Shown piece by piece: positions 46,833 through 54,631 of a stretch of DNA of 64,000 nucleotides. Numbering within the stretch: position 1 is the stretch's first letter; each line of letters opens with the position of its first letter. Under the pieces are notes generated by a model. That model worked only from the letters and a program-made list of their open reading frames with translations, searched no databases and had not been told where the DNA came from. This DNA is from Nanobdellota archaeon (GTDB lineage: Archaea; Nanobdellota; Nanobdellia; Pacearchaeales; GW2011-AR1): contig JBBSWO010000006.1 of the NCBI GenBank assembly GCA_038046245.1, forward strand, positions 5,320-69,319, given 5' to 3'. Made by a program: the position numbers and the translations under genes.

Positions 46833-48044
46833 TTATTTGTAATCCAAAGAGTCTTCCACAATTTCTCTTGCTTTGGAAAGAACATCTTTAGAGATGGCTA
46901 ATTTAATTTCCCTCATTCTTCCCCCTCTTCCTTTCGAAATAACTTTAACATTAATAATTCCAAGCATATCAAATTCTTGGATTATGTCGCTCATTCGTCT
47001 TTGGGTCAAAACCTCTAGCTTATTCTTCAGGCAAACTTCTTGGTATAAATTATAAACATCTCCAGTAAACAAAGGCTCCCCGCTTTTTTTATCAGAAAGC
47101 CTCATAATAGAGTAAAGGACAAACTGGAATTGTTTTGGTTCTGTTTTAATGACATCTAATATCTTGTCTTTCTCTATTTTGTCGTTTGCCTCATCAATGT
47201 GTTTTAACAAAATTTTTTTGTTTCCTTCTCTTTCCGCCAACTCCCCAGCAATTCTCAATAAGTCTAAGGCTCTTCTCGCATCACCATGTTCTCTCGCCGC
47301 AAAAGCCGAGCACTTATCAATGACCCCTGGCTGCAAAACTCCTTCCTTGAATGCTTGCTCGGACCTCCTATTTAGTATATCTTTAAGCTGCAAGGCATTA
47401 TACGGTGGGAAAACAATTTCTTCTTCAGACAACGAACTCCTTACTCTTGGGTCAAGTTCCTCTAAAAAAGTCAAATTATTACTTATTCCAACAATACACA
47501 GCTGAGTCTTAGAGAGTTCTGAATTCAATCTTGTCAGGTTATACAAAAAATCGCTTGAAATTTTTTTCACAGTTTGGTCAATTTCATCCAATATAAGAAC
47601 TATAAGTTGTTTTTCATGATCTATAAGCTCAATAAACCTATTATAAACAGATTCCGTAGGAAGTCCGGTTGCAGGTACTTCACCCCCAAATTTCTTTATC
47701 AATTCCGCCAGAATTCTATACTCTGTGTCAGAAACTTTTTTTAATTTACAGTTAAGATACTCTATCCTTAACTTGAAATCTTCGCTTTTGCTGACTCTTT
47801 TCATCAACTCATCCCTGACGTAATAAACAGAGAGAGTTTTACCCGTACCGGTTTTACCATAAAGAAAGAGATTACTCGTTTTCTCTCCACGAAGAACTGG
47901 TGCCAAGATGGAAGCGATTTGCTTAACCTGTTGGTCCCTATGAAGAATTTTGTCCGGTTTATAAGAGGCCTGCAATAGAGATTTATCTTTGAAAATGTTG
48001 TTTCTTGTAAACGATTCAAAAATTTGATCTAACCCATCTGTCAT
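46833..48044 (-). CDS. cdc6: Orc1/Cdc6 replication initiator
   Basis: Walker A YGKTGTGKT, Walker B LILDEID, C-terminal winged helix, 403 aa. Confidence 0.92.
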   Translation of the reverse strand: MTDGLDQIFESFTRNNIFKDKSLLQASYKPDKILHRDQQVKQIASILAPVLRGEKTSNLFLYGKTGTGKTLSVYYVRDELMKRVSKSEDFKLRIEYLNCKLKKVSDTEYRILAELIKKFGGEVPATGLPTESVYNRFIELIDHEKQLIVLILDEIDQTVKKISSDFLYNLTRLNSELSKTQLCIVGISNNLTFLEELDPRVRSSLSEEEIVFPPYNALQLKDILNRRSEQAFKEGVLQPGVIDKCSAFAAREHGDARRALDLLRIAGELAEREGNKKILLKHIDEANDKIEKDKILDVIKTEPKQFQFVLYSIMRLSDKKSGEPLFTGDVYNLYQEVCLKNKLEVLTQRRMSDIIQEFDMLGIINVKVISKGRGGRMREIKLAISKDVLSKAREIVEDSLDYK

Positions 48045-48619
<575 letters not shown>

Positions 48620-48889
48620 ATGCTTAGCATGCAAGACAATAAAAATCCATTTAGTGCGCTTTTAGGCAAAATGATTGTCACAAAAGAGGGTAAAAGACTT
48701 GGTTTTGTCAAGGACGTTACATTTGAGACTAGATCTGGTGAACTTATAAGCCTGGTCGTCAAGGATGCAACACCTTATACAAGGAACTTAAATCTTGAAA
48801 AAACTTCTTCAAATGACTTATTAGTTCCTTATAGTGCTATAATCGCCATAGGTGATTTTGTGATAGTTTCAGAAGAAGACTTAATCTAA
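48620..48889 (+). CDS. PRC-barrel domain protein
   Basis: LLGKMIVTKEGKRLGFVKDVTFETRSGELISLVV, 89 aa. Confidence 0.6.
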   Translation: MLSMQDNKNPFSALLGKMIVTKEGKRLGFVKDVTFETRSGELISLVVKDATPYTRNLNLEKTSSNDLLVPYSAIIAIGDFVIVSEEDLI

Positions 48890-48977
48890 CCCCCTATCAC
48901 ATCAAGTTAAGTTTAGTCATTCCTAAAGTGTGTAAATCAACCTAAATATTTAAAAATAATATTTTTTATCATCTAAT

Positions 48978-49394
48978 ATGAAAATTATAGGATTTAATTT
49001 TACGAAAATAAGTGCAGAACGAATTTCTAGTAATTTCAAGAGCATAAACATAAGTACCAAGATAGATATTGTTGACGTCAGCGAAGCCAAGGCAGACCTT
49101 TTCAATTCCAAAGAGGCCTTTCTGAGCCTAAAATTCACTTTTGGCCTTAATTATGACCCGGACATAGCTAAACTCTTCTTTGAAGGGAATATGCTTCTTG
49201 CCGTTGAACCAAAACTTTCAAAAGAAGTCTTAAGCAAGTGGAAAGACAAAAATGCTCCTGAGGAATTTAATATCTTTGTTCTTAACTCAATTCTAAGGAA
49301 ATCAACTCTTAGGGCTCTTCAACTGGAAGAAGAACTGGGCATGCCTTTACATCTTCAATTGCCTTCTTTAAAAAAAGAAGAGACTGAAAACTGA
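48978..49394 (+). CDS. hypothetical protein (weak SecB-like pattern)
   Basis: 138 aa; only loose resemblance, no firm motif. Confidence 0.3.
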   Translation: MKIIGFNFTKISAERISSNFKSINISTKIDIVDVSEAKADLFNSKEAFLSLKFTFGLNYDPDIAKLFFEGNMLLAVEPKLSKEVLSKWKDKNAPEEFNIFVLNSILRKSTLRALQLEEELGMPLHLQLPSLKKEETEN

Positions 49395-49445
49395 CCCTAT
49401 TATTCTTTCAAAAACCTTTATATAAATACCTTCATTTTTCTCTCA

Positions 49446-49724
49446 ATGTACATCTCAAAAGAGAAAAAGCAGAAGATATCTGAGCAAATATTGGCTTTTC
49501 TATATTCTATATCTCCTCAACCAACATTTACATACTACATCGCGAGAGAGATAGCACGAGACGAAGAATTCATCAAAAAGCTTCTCAAAGAGTTAAAAGC
49601 TAAAAGACTCGTTGTTGAGGTTAATAAGAATCCCCAAGGAAAGAACTACTTAAGAAGATCAAGGTGGAAACTAACTGATGAGGCATATTTATCATACAAA
49701 AAAAACCAGCCTTCCAATTTTTGA
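49446..49724 (+). CDS. small winged-helix DNA-binding protein
   Basis: 92 aa, ILAFLYSISPQPTFTYYIAREIARDEEFIKKLLKELKAKRLV pattern; TATA 20-30 nt upstream. Confidence 0.45.
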   Translation: MYISKEKKQKISEQILAFLYSISPQPTFTYYIAREIARDEEFIKKLLKELKAKRLVVEVNKNPQGKNYLRRSRWKLTDEAYLSYKKNQPSNF

Positions 49725-49773
49725 TATTCTCTATTACTATAATCTTTTTATACTCCTTTTATTCTAATCTAAA

Positions 49774-50505
49774 ATGGATGAGATAAGAGAGGCTTTTCAG
49801 AAGGTTAAACAAGATGTTTCTACTCTCGCTTATGAGCTGGACTCCTTAAAAAATAGCCTTGCAGACCTAAATTTGAAGCTTTCTGGCTTAAGTGGAGAAG
49901 TAAGAGAATTGAAGTCTTTAAACCAAGATTTGATTTCTACCTCCTCTAAGATACTCCAAAATACCTCTTTTTTAACTCCAGCAGATAACTCTGAAAGTAA
50001 GACGGTTCCGGCACAAAACCCAGCAGATAACGACTCTTTTAAGGCTTTAAAACCCCAAAATCAAGCTATTTCCACAGGAAATGAGGGGGTTCCAACAGAC
50101 AGACAGACAAACGAACAGACAGACCAGCAGACACAAAATAGCCCAGTTTTTCCCTTAGAACCTCAAAAAACAACACTTAAGGACGCTTCCAAAATATTAG
50201 ACTCACTAGATACTTTAAAGAAAGAAATAAGGTTAAAATTTAAGAGGCTTACTGAGAAGGAAATCCTTGTATTTTCGACGCTGTACCAACTTGAGGAAGA
50301 GCAAGGGTATGCAGACTATAAGGCTATAGCCGTAAGACTTAACCTTACTGAAAGCTCCATACGGGACTATATTAGCAAGATCATTTCTAAAGGAATTCCC
50401 GTCGATAAAACCAAACTTAACAATAAGAACGTCCATTTGAATGTTTCAGAAGGTCTGAAAAAGATTGCTTCATTACAAACAATCTTAAAATTAAGAGAAT
50501 TATAA
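49774..50505 (+). CDS. coiled-coil + Q/T-rich linker + C-terminal wHTH protein (paralogue A)
   Basis: N-terminal heptads, linker PTDRQTNEQTDQQTQ, LTEKEILVFSTLYQ..YKAIAVRLNLTESSIRDYISKI. Confidence 0.5.
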   Translation: MDEIREAFQKVKQDVSTLAYELDSLKNSLADLNLKLSGLSGEVRELKSLNQDLISTSSKILQNTSFLTPADNSESKTVPAQNPADNDSFKALKPQNQAISTGNEGVPTDRQTNEQTDQQTQNSPVFPLEPQKTTLKDASKILDSLDTLKKEIRLKFKRLTEKEILVFSTLYQLEEEQGYADYKAIAVRLNLTESSIRDYISKIISKGIPVDKTKLNNKNVHLNVSEGLKKIASLQTILKLREL

Positions 50506-50639
50506 ATAGTTATTCGGTTAACAAGACATCTATAAGTATATCGCTTTCTTTTTCCCTTTCCTTATTTCATAAATTTTTTACCTTTTTAAGGTCTAAAAAG
50601 GTTATTTTCTGACTTCTCGACTATTTGTTGATTTTAAGT

Positions 50640-50985
50640 TTTATTTTAGGCCTCATTTTCTTGGTTTTAACCATGTTTTTTCAAATTTTTTATCTCTCAT
50701 TTTCTGACTTTTACAATCTTTTTTATTTTTCTTTCAATTTTTCAGTCTCACTTTCGGTCTTTTTATTCCTTTTCTAGACATTTTTTGTTGTTTTAACTCT
50801 CACTTTTCGTTTTTTTAGAGCTTTTTTGTGTGTTCTTCCTCACTTTTTAGGTTTTTTCCTCTTTTTTCTCTATTTTCTTCTTATTCCCAACCCTCACTTT
50901 CGACTTTTTTAGCATTTTTTCCCTCATTTCTTCGCTTATATACACCCTCTTTTTTCCATTTTTCTCAGTAATCTCACTTATCAAA
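50640..50985. repeat. degenerate array of >=8 units (30-53 bp spacing) with core CTCAYTT
   Basis: cores at ~50652, 50696, 50747, 50798, 50839, 50892, 50922, 50972, each followed by a T-run. Confidence 0.6.
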
Positions 50986-51479
50986 CTTTCACTTTTTTGT
51001 TTTATGCTATTTATCTGCCCTCTTATTGTAGATTTCTCTTTTCCTAACATTGCGGCCAGATCCTCATATCCTAGTTTCATTTCTGAATTCAAAAGTATCC
51101 AGAGTATTGCTCTTTCTGTTACTGAAAATTGGTCTAAATTTGGTGTTTGGACACCTGTTTGGTCGCCTGTTTGGACAGCATAAACAGGTGTTTGTTCTTT
51201 AAACACCTGTCTGTTTGTTTTAAACAGCCTTGGAGATTTAAGTTCGTTCATCATGGTCAGCACATTTTTCAATCCGTCAATCTCTTCTTTTATCGTCGAC
51301 AAATCTTCTTTTATGCTGTTTATTTCTTTTTCATGCATATTTTTTTCAGAATCAAGGTGTTTAATCCAACCACTTACAGCAGTAATATCTTTTTTAACAC
51401 TTTCAAAACCTTTTTTTGTATCTTCTTCTATGTGTTTTATCTCTTTTTTCTCACTTTTTTTAAAGAACCAATCAAACAT
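50847..51479 (-). CDS. coiled-coil + Q/T-rich linker + wHTH protein (paralogue B)
   Basis: ATG 51479 with TATA 51501-51510; linker QTGDQTGVQTP; VTERAILWILLNS..YEDLAAMLGKEKSTIRGQINSIK. Confidence 0.5.
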   Translation of the reverse strand: MFDWFFKKSEKKEIKHIEEDTKKGFESVKKDITAVSGWIKHLDSEKNMHEKEINSIKEDLSTIKEEIDGLKNVLTMMNELKSPRLFKTNRQVFKEQTPVYAVQTGDQTGVQTPNLDQFSVTERAILWILLNSEMKLGYEDLAAMLGKEKSTIRGQINSIKQKSESLISEITEKNGKKRVYISEEMREKMLKKSKVRVGNKKKIEKKEEKT

Positions 51480-51500
51480 ATTTATTATAAATTTTTCTCC

Positions 51501-51510
51501 TTTATAAATA
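51501..51510 (-). promoter_or_regulatory. TATA box of paralogue B
   Basis: TTTATAAATA 22-31 nt upstream of ATG 51479. Confidence 0.45.
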
Positions 51511-51623
51511 TTTCTTTTTTTGCGTCGCAAAATTAACGATTGACCTATTTTTTATTCACTTTGTTGCTAACTTTTTGTAGAACACTTCTCTTAGTTTTTT
51601 AGTCCTTTTTTACATAAAAAAGG

Positions 51624-51769
51624 CTGTTTTTCATAATTTTGTGATGTAAATCAACTGTTTTAAACAGTTACAAACACTGTTTAAACAGACAAACACCTAA
51701 ATAAACACCTGTTTTTTGTAATACTTTCTAATAAATTTTTCCGTCGATAAAGCGCAAAAACACCTGTTT
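51624..51769. promoter_or_regulatory. cluster of CTGTTT/AAACAG palindromes (candidate operators)
   Basis: AACTGTTT-T-AAACAGTT (51653-51669), CTGTTTAAACAG (51677-51688), AAACACCTGTTT (51703-51714 and 51758-51769). Confidence 0.45.
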
Positions 51770-51808
51770 AAGCAACAATTTCTAGCACATTTTTCTGATC
51801 CAACATAT

Positions 51809-51878
51809 ACTTAGCCGACCTAAGTGCACAACTGCGGCAGGCCTAAAGGGATTGATGTCGAAAAAGGGTGGAAAAATT
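51809..51878 (+). repeat. GC-rich ~70-nt element, copy 1
   Basis: ACTTAGCCGACCTAAGTGCACAACTGCGGCAGGC identical over 34 nt to copy 2, remainder roughly 80% identical by eye. Confidence 0.8.
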
Positions 51879-52006
51879 GGGTTAATCTTTCTTTAAACTT
51901 TTTTTATTTTTCTCTTGTAGCTAAACAAATTAATCAATTTTTTGTAGACCTATCAAAAGCCTTATAATCTCACGTTTCTTTAGCAGTTGATCAAAGGAGG
52001 GTTGAA

Positions 52007-52174
52007 ATGGCAAAACTAACAGCATGGCTAGTAACTTTGGTCGGTGTTTTACTTATACTACCACTTATTGGTCTTAATATTGGCGCTACACTTTCTGCAT
52101 GGATAATTGCTTTGGCTTGGCTTATTGTGGGTATAGGCAAGTTGATGAGAAACTATCAGTCAAGAAAGAAATAG
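52007..52174 (+). CDS. unannotated 55-aa two-helix membrane protein (paralogue of 30208-30354)
   Basis: own translation MAKLTAWLVTLVGVLLILPLIGLNIGATLSAWIIALAWLIVGIGKLMRNYQSRKK; AAAGGAGG 7 nt upstream. Confidence 0.55.
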   Translation: MAKLTAWLVTLVGVLLILPLIGLNIGATLSAWIIALAWLIVGIGKLMRNYQSRKK

Positions 52175-52256
52175 TTGCCGATTCAATCTTTAATTTTTCT
52201 TTTTATTTAAACTTATTTCAAACTCTTTTTCTTATCTCTCCATATTTTGCATCTTC

Positions 52257-52328
52257 ACTTAGCCGACCTAAGTGCACAACTGCGGCAGGCTCAGAGGGAT
52301 TGATGCCGAAAAGGGGGTGGGAAAATAT
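52257..52328 (+). repeat. GC-rich ~70-nt element, copy 2
   Basis: direct repeat of 51809-51878, 448 nt downstream. Confidence 0.8.
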
Positions 52329-52333
52329 GGAAA

Positions 52334-52344
52334 TTTTTATAAAA
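52334..52344 (+). promoter_or_regulatory. TATA box of the GMPS-C-like gene
   Basis: TTTTTATAAAA 20-30 nt upstream of ATG 52364. Confidence 0.45.
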
Positions 52345-52363
52345 TAGTTATTTTTTCTTTGTT

Positions 52364-52801
52364 ATGGAAGAAGAACTCAGAAAAGAATTACAAAATCTTG
52401 CCATAAAAACAAACAACATTCTTCAAGAAGAACTGCTTTCTCACAAACTAACTTATAAACTTGCAACAGCCTATATTTATGACCAAAAAACAGTTGGAGT
52501 TCAGGGAGATGAAAGAACATATGGTTATCCTGCTGAAATTACTTTTAATCAATTAAGGAAGAGTGACGGAACTTTGTTTTATGCAAAAAGGAATAAAAAA
52601 GAATTTTACGAGTTTTTAGATCGACTAAGCACAAGAATAACAAATGAAGTAACTGGAATTAATAGAATTGTGTGGCCACTAGCTTATCGGGGTTCAGATG
52701 GAACAATTTGGACTTTAGAAGACGAATTAAAGGATGAATATTTAAGAGAAATAGTTAACACTCTTTCAAGCATTCAACATCATTCACTTTCCCCTCTTTA
52801 G
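52364..52801 (+). CDS. stand-alone GMP synthase C-terminal (dimerisation) domain-like protein
   Basis: VGVQGDERTYGYPAEI and LSTRITNEVTGINRIVW match the GuaA C-domain blocks VGVMGDERTY and ISNRIINEV.GVNRVVY; no ATP-PPase P-loop. Confidence 0.6.
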   Translation: MEEELRKELQNLAIKTNNILQEELLSHKLTYKLATAYIYDQKTVGVQGDERTYGYPAEITFNQLRKSDGTLFYAKRNKKEFYEFLDRLSTRITNEVTGINRIVWPLAYRGSDGTIWTLEDELKDEYLREIVNTLSSIQHHSLSPL

Positions 52802-52936
52802 TTCATAAAAATCCTCCAAAACTTCCAAAAATCTCGTTTTCCTCGTTAAAAACACGCACTAAGGGTGTCCTAAATCCACGTGCACAATAACTTTTTAAAC
52901 CTAAGTGCACAAATATAGTAATAAAGAAGAGGTAAA

Positions 52937-53164
52937 ATGGAATTTGTTTTGATTTTTATGGTTGGAATTATTGTACTGGTACTTTTAGGTGCCTTGCTTC
53001 CAATAGCAATAGATTCTAGTTGGAAGGCTGCAATTGAAATTTACAAAACTACAGGCGATATTCCCACATCGCTAACTCTAGCAGCTCTTGCCCTATTTTT
53101 AGCAATAGTCTTGATTATAGTTAAAATAAGAACTCCGGAGTGGTTGGGAATTAAGGATGGTTGA
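52937..53164 (+). CDS. small two-TM membrane protein
   Basis: 75 aa; GAGGT 6 nt upstream; 8-nt overlap with next ORF. Confidence 0.45.
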   Translation: MEFVLIFMVGIIVLVLLGALLPIAIDSSWKAAIEIYKTTGDIPTSLTLAALALFLAIVLIIVKIRTPEWLGIKDG

Positions 53165-53849
53165 AAAAACTTATTTTAACAGAGCACTAGTTTCTTTAGG
53201 GGTCAAGTACCCTGAACTAAGAAAAGAGCTAAGAAAAGTCAAAGATAGCAAGAAGAAAGCATCAAAACTGTTCAGATGGGTTCTACTTGGAGATGTAAAA
53301 AAAGAGATAAGAGAATACCACTTTTTCCTATACGGTATCTTAGTCAAAACTCTAGCTCTTTTAGAAAGTTTACTCATTGAACTTGACAAACCAAATCCTT
53401 ACCTTTCTAACATGGTGCTTAGAGCCCACTATGAAAACTTAGCAGCAATTCATTATTTTGCAAGGCATCCTGAAAAAAGAATGAATCTAACATTTGGTGA
53501 AAGATACTCGGAAAAAGGCAAGGCCCAGATAGAAGCAGTCCATGTGAACGACATGATTAAAGAACTACATAAGAACACTCCTCCTGGATGGGATGTACTC
53601 AAAGACATAGATAACATGTCTAACATAATACATCCAAATAAAAGAAGCCATCAGTTAAATATTACCTCTAAAACCGAAAGTATCTTGGAATTTAGCTCTT
53701 ACTGTGTCATGAGCGAGGAACAAGTAAAAGACCATTTAAAAGCCAATAATACTTTAGTTACCTCTATTCTTAATGGAATCTCGGACATTGACAACATGTT
53801 TATCAGAGACTTAAAAATAACTAAACAAATATCTCTTCTTAAAAAATGA
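53157..53849 (+). CDS. hypothetical helical protein
   Basis: 230 aa, no motif recognised; translationally coupled to the recombinase (4-nt overlap). Confidence 0.45.
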   Translation: MVEKTYFNRALVSLGVKYPELRKELRKVKDSKKKASKLFRWVLLGDVKKEIREYHFFLYGILVKTLALLESLLIELDKPNPYLSNMVLRAHYENLAAIHYFARHPEKRMNLTFGERYSEKGKAQIEAVHVNDMIKELHKNTPPGWDVLKDIDNMSNIIHPNKRSHQLNITSKTESILEFSSYCVMSEEQVKDHLKANNTLVTSILNGISDIDNMFIRDLKITKQISLLKK

Positions 53850-54631
53850 CCCCCAACAATACAAAACCCCTTGCAGCAATTTACATAAGAGTATCAACAG
53901 AAGAACAGGCAAAGCAGGGAATTTCGCTGTCTGCTCAGGAAGAGGCTTTGAAGAACTACGCATCTGCTCTTGGCTATGAAGTATTAAAAATTTACAAGGA
54001 CGAGGGAAAATCTGCAAAAGACATAAAGGGTAGACCCGAAATGATGGCTATTCTTGAAGATGCCCAAGCACACAAATTTCAGGCAATTTTTGTTTACAAG
54101 CTTGACAGATTTTCAAGATCTCTAAGAGATTTAATAGAAACAATTGCAAAATTAAAAGAATGGAATATAGATTTTGTCTCCCTTCAGGATAAAATCGAGA
54201 CAACAAGTGCCTCAGGAAAGCTTATGTTCCATATAATTTCGGCTTTCGCAGAATTTGAGAGAAATGTTACTGGAGAAAGGACAAAGTTCAGCATGGATAA
54301 AAAAGCGCGTGATGGGAACCCAATAACAAGAGCCCCTTATGGTTACAAAATTGTTGAAAAGAAACTAATTCCTTCAGAAAACTCTTATCTTGTCAATGAG
54401 ATATTTCAGGATTTTTTAAATCAAAAAATAAGTTTGACCCAGCTGGCAAAAAAATATGGTTTTTCAGTAAATGGCCTGAAGAAAATTCTTACTAATCAGG
54501 CTTATTTGGGAAAAGTGAAATTTGACAATCAAACTCATCCCGGAGCGCATCAACCTTTAATTTCCTCAACATTGTTCAATCACGTTCAGAATAAATTTGA
54601 AACTTTGGGGATAAATAAAATAAAAGACTGA
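53846..54631 (+). CDS. serine recombinase (resolvase/invertase catalytic domain + partial recombinase domain)
   Basis: AAIYIRVSTEEQAKQGISL (catalytic Ser), YKLDRFSRS, then PYGYK...LAKKYG helix-rich region; only 261 aa. Confidence 0.8.
   Translation: MTPNNTKPLAAIYIRVSTEEQAKQGISLSAQEEALKNYASALGYEVLKIYKDEGKSAKDIKGRPEMMAILEDAQAHKFQAIFVYKLDRFSRSLRDLIETIAKLKEWNIDFVSLQDKIETTSASGKLMFHIISAFAEFERNVTGERTKFSMDKKARDGNPITRAPYGYKIVEKKLIPSENSYLVNEIFQDFLNQKISLTQLAKKYGFSVNGLKKILTNQAYLGKVKFDNQTHPGAHQPLISSTLFNHVQNKFETLGINKIKD

Larger units (their letters stand above)
49446..54631. mobile_element. putative integrated/accessory island ending in a serine recombinase gene
   Basis: wHTH regulators, repeat arrays, GC-rich duplicated elements, orphan domain gene, recombinase; interrupts conserved rps9-rpoN synteny; boundaries not defined. 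Confidence 0.4.

Noticed and set aside
50640-50985. CRISPR array
   Set aside because: The conserved core is only ~8-12 nt. The units are degenerate with irregular 30-53 nt spacing, part of the array lies inside an ORF, and no cas genes are present.
51809-51878. The GC-rich repeat superficially resembles a fluoride (crcB-motif) riboswitch. It has ..AACTGC.. followed by a short stem, then GATTGATG.
   Set aside because: The conserved GGCGAUGG-type P1 loop is absent. The putative pseudoknot (loop CGAC with GUCG) is broken by the U-to-C change in copy 2 without compensation. The downstream genes are not crcB or fluoride-related.
51809-52328. The two GC-rich repeats could be relics of a coding sequence. 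The minus-strand frame gives F.INP..PAAVVHLGRLS in both copies.
   Set aside because: There is no start codon and nearby stops in both copies. Almost all differences between copies are non-synonymous, and an indel is present. So there is no sign of a maintained ORF. A relic origin cannot be fully excluded.
52099-52347. 82-aa ORF from the track (MDNCFGLAYCGYRQ...)
   Set aside because: It is out of frame with the well-supported 55-aa membrane-protein ORF (52007-52174, with SD and a paralogue at 30208). It also runs through a T-rich spacer and the GC-rich repeat, so it is likely spurious.
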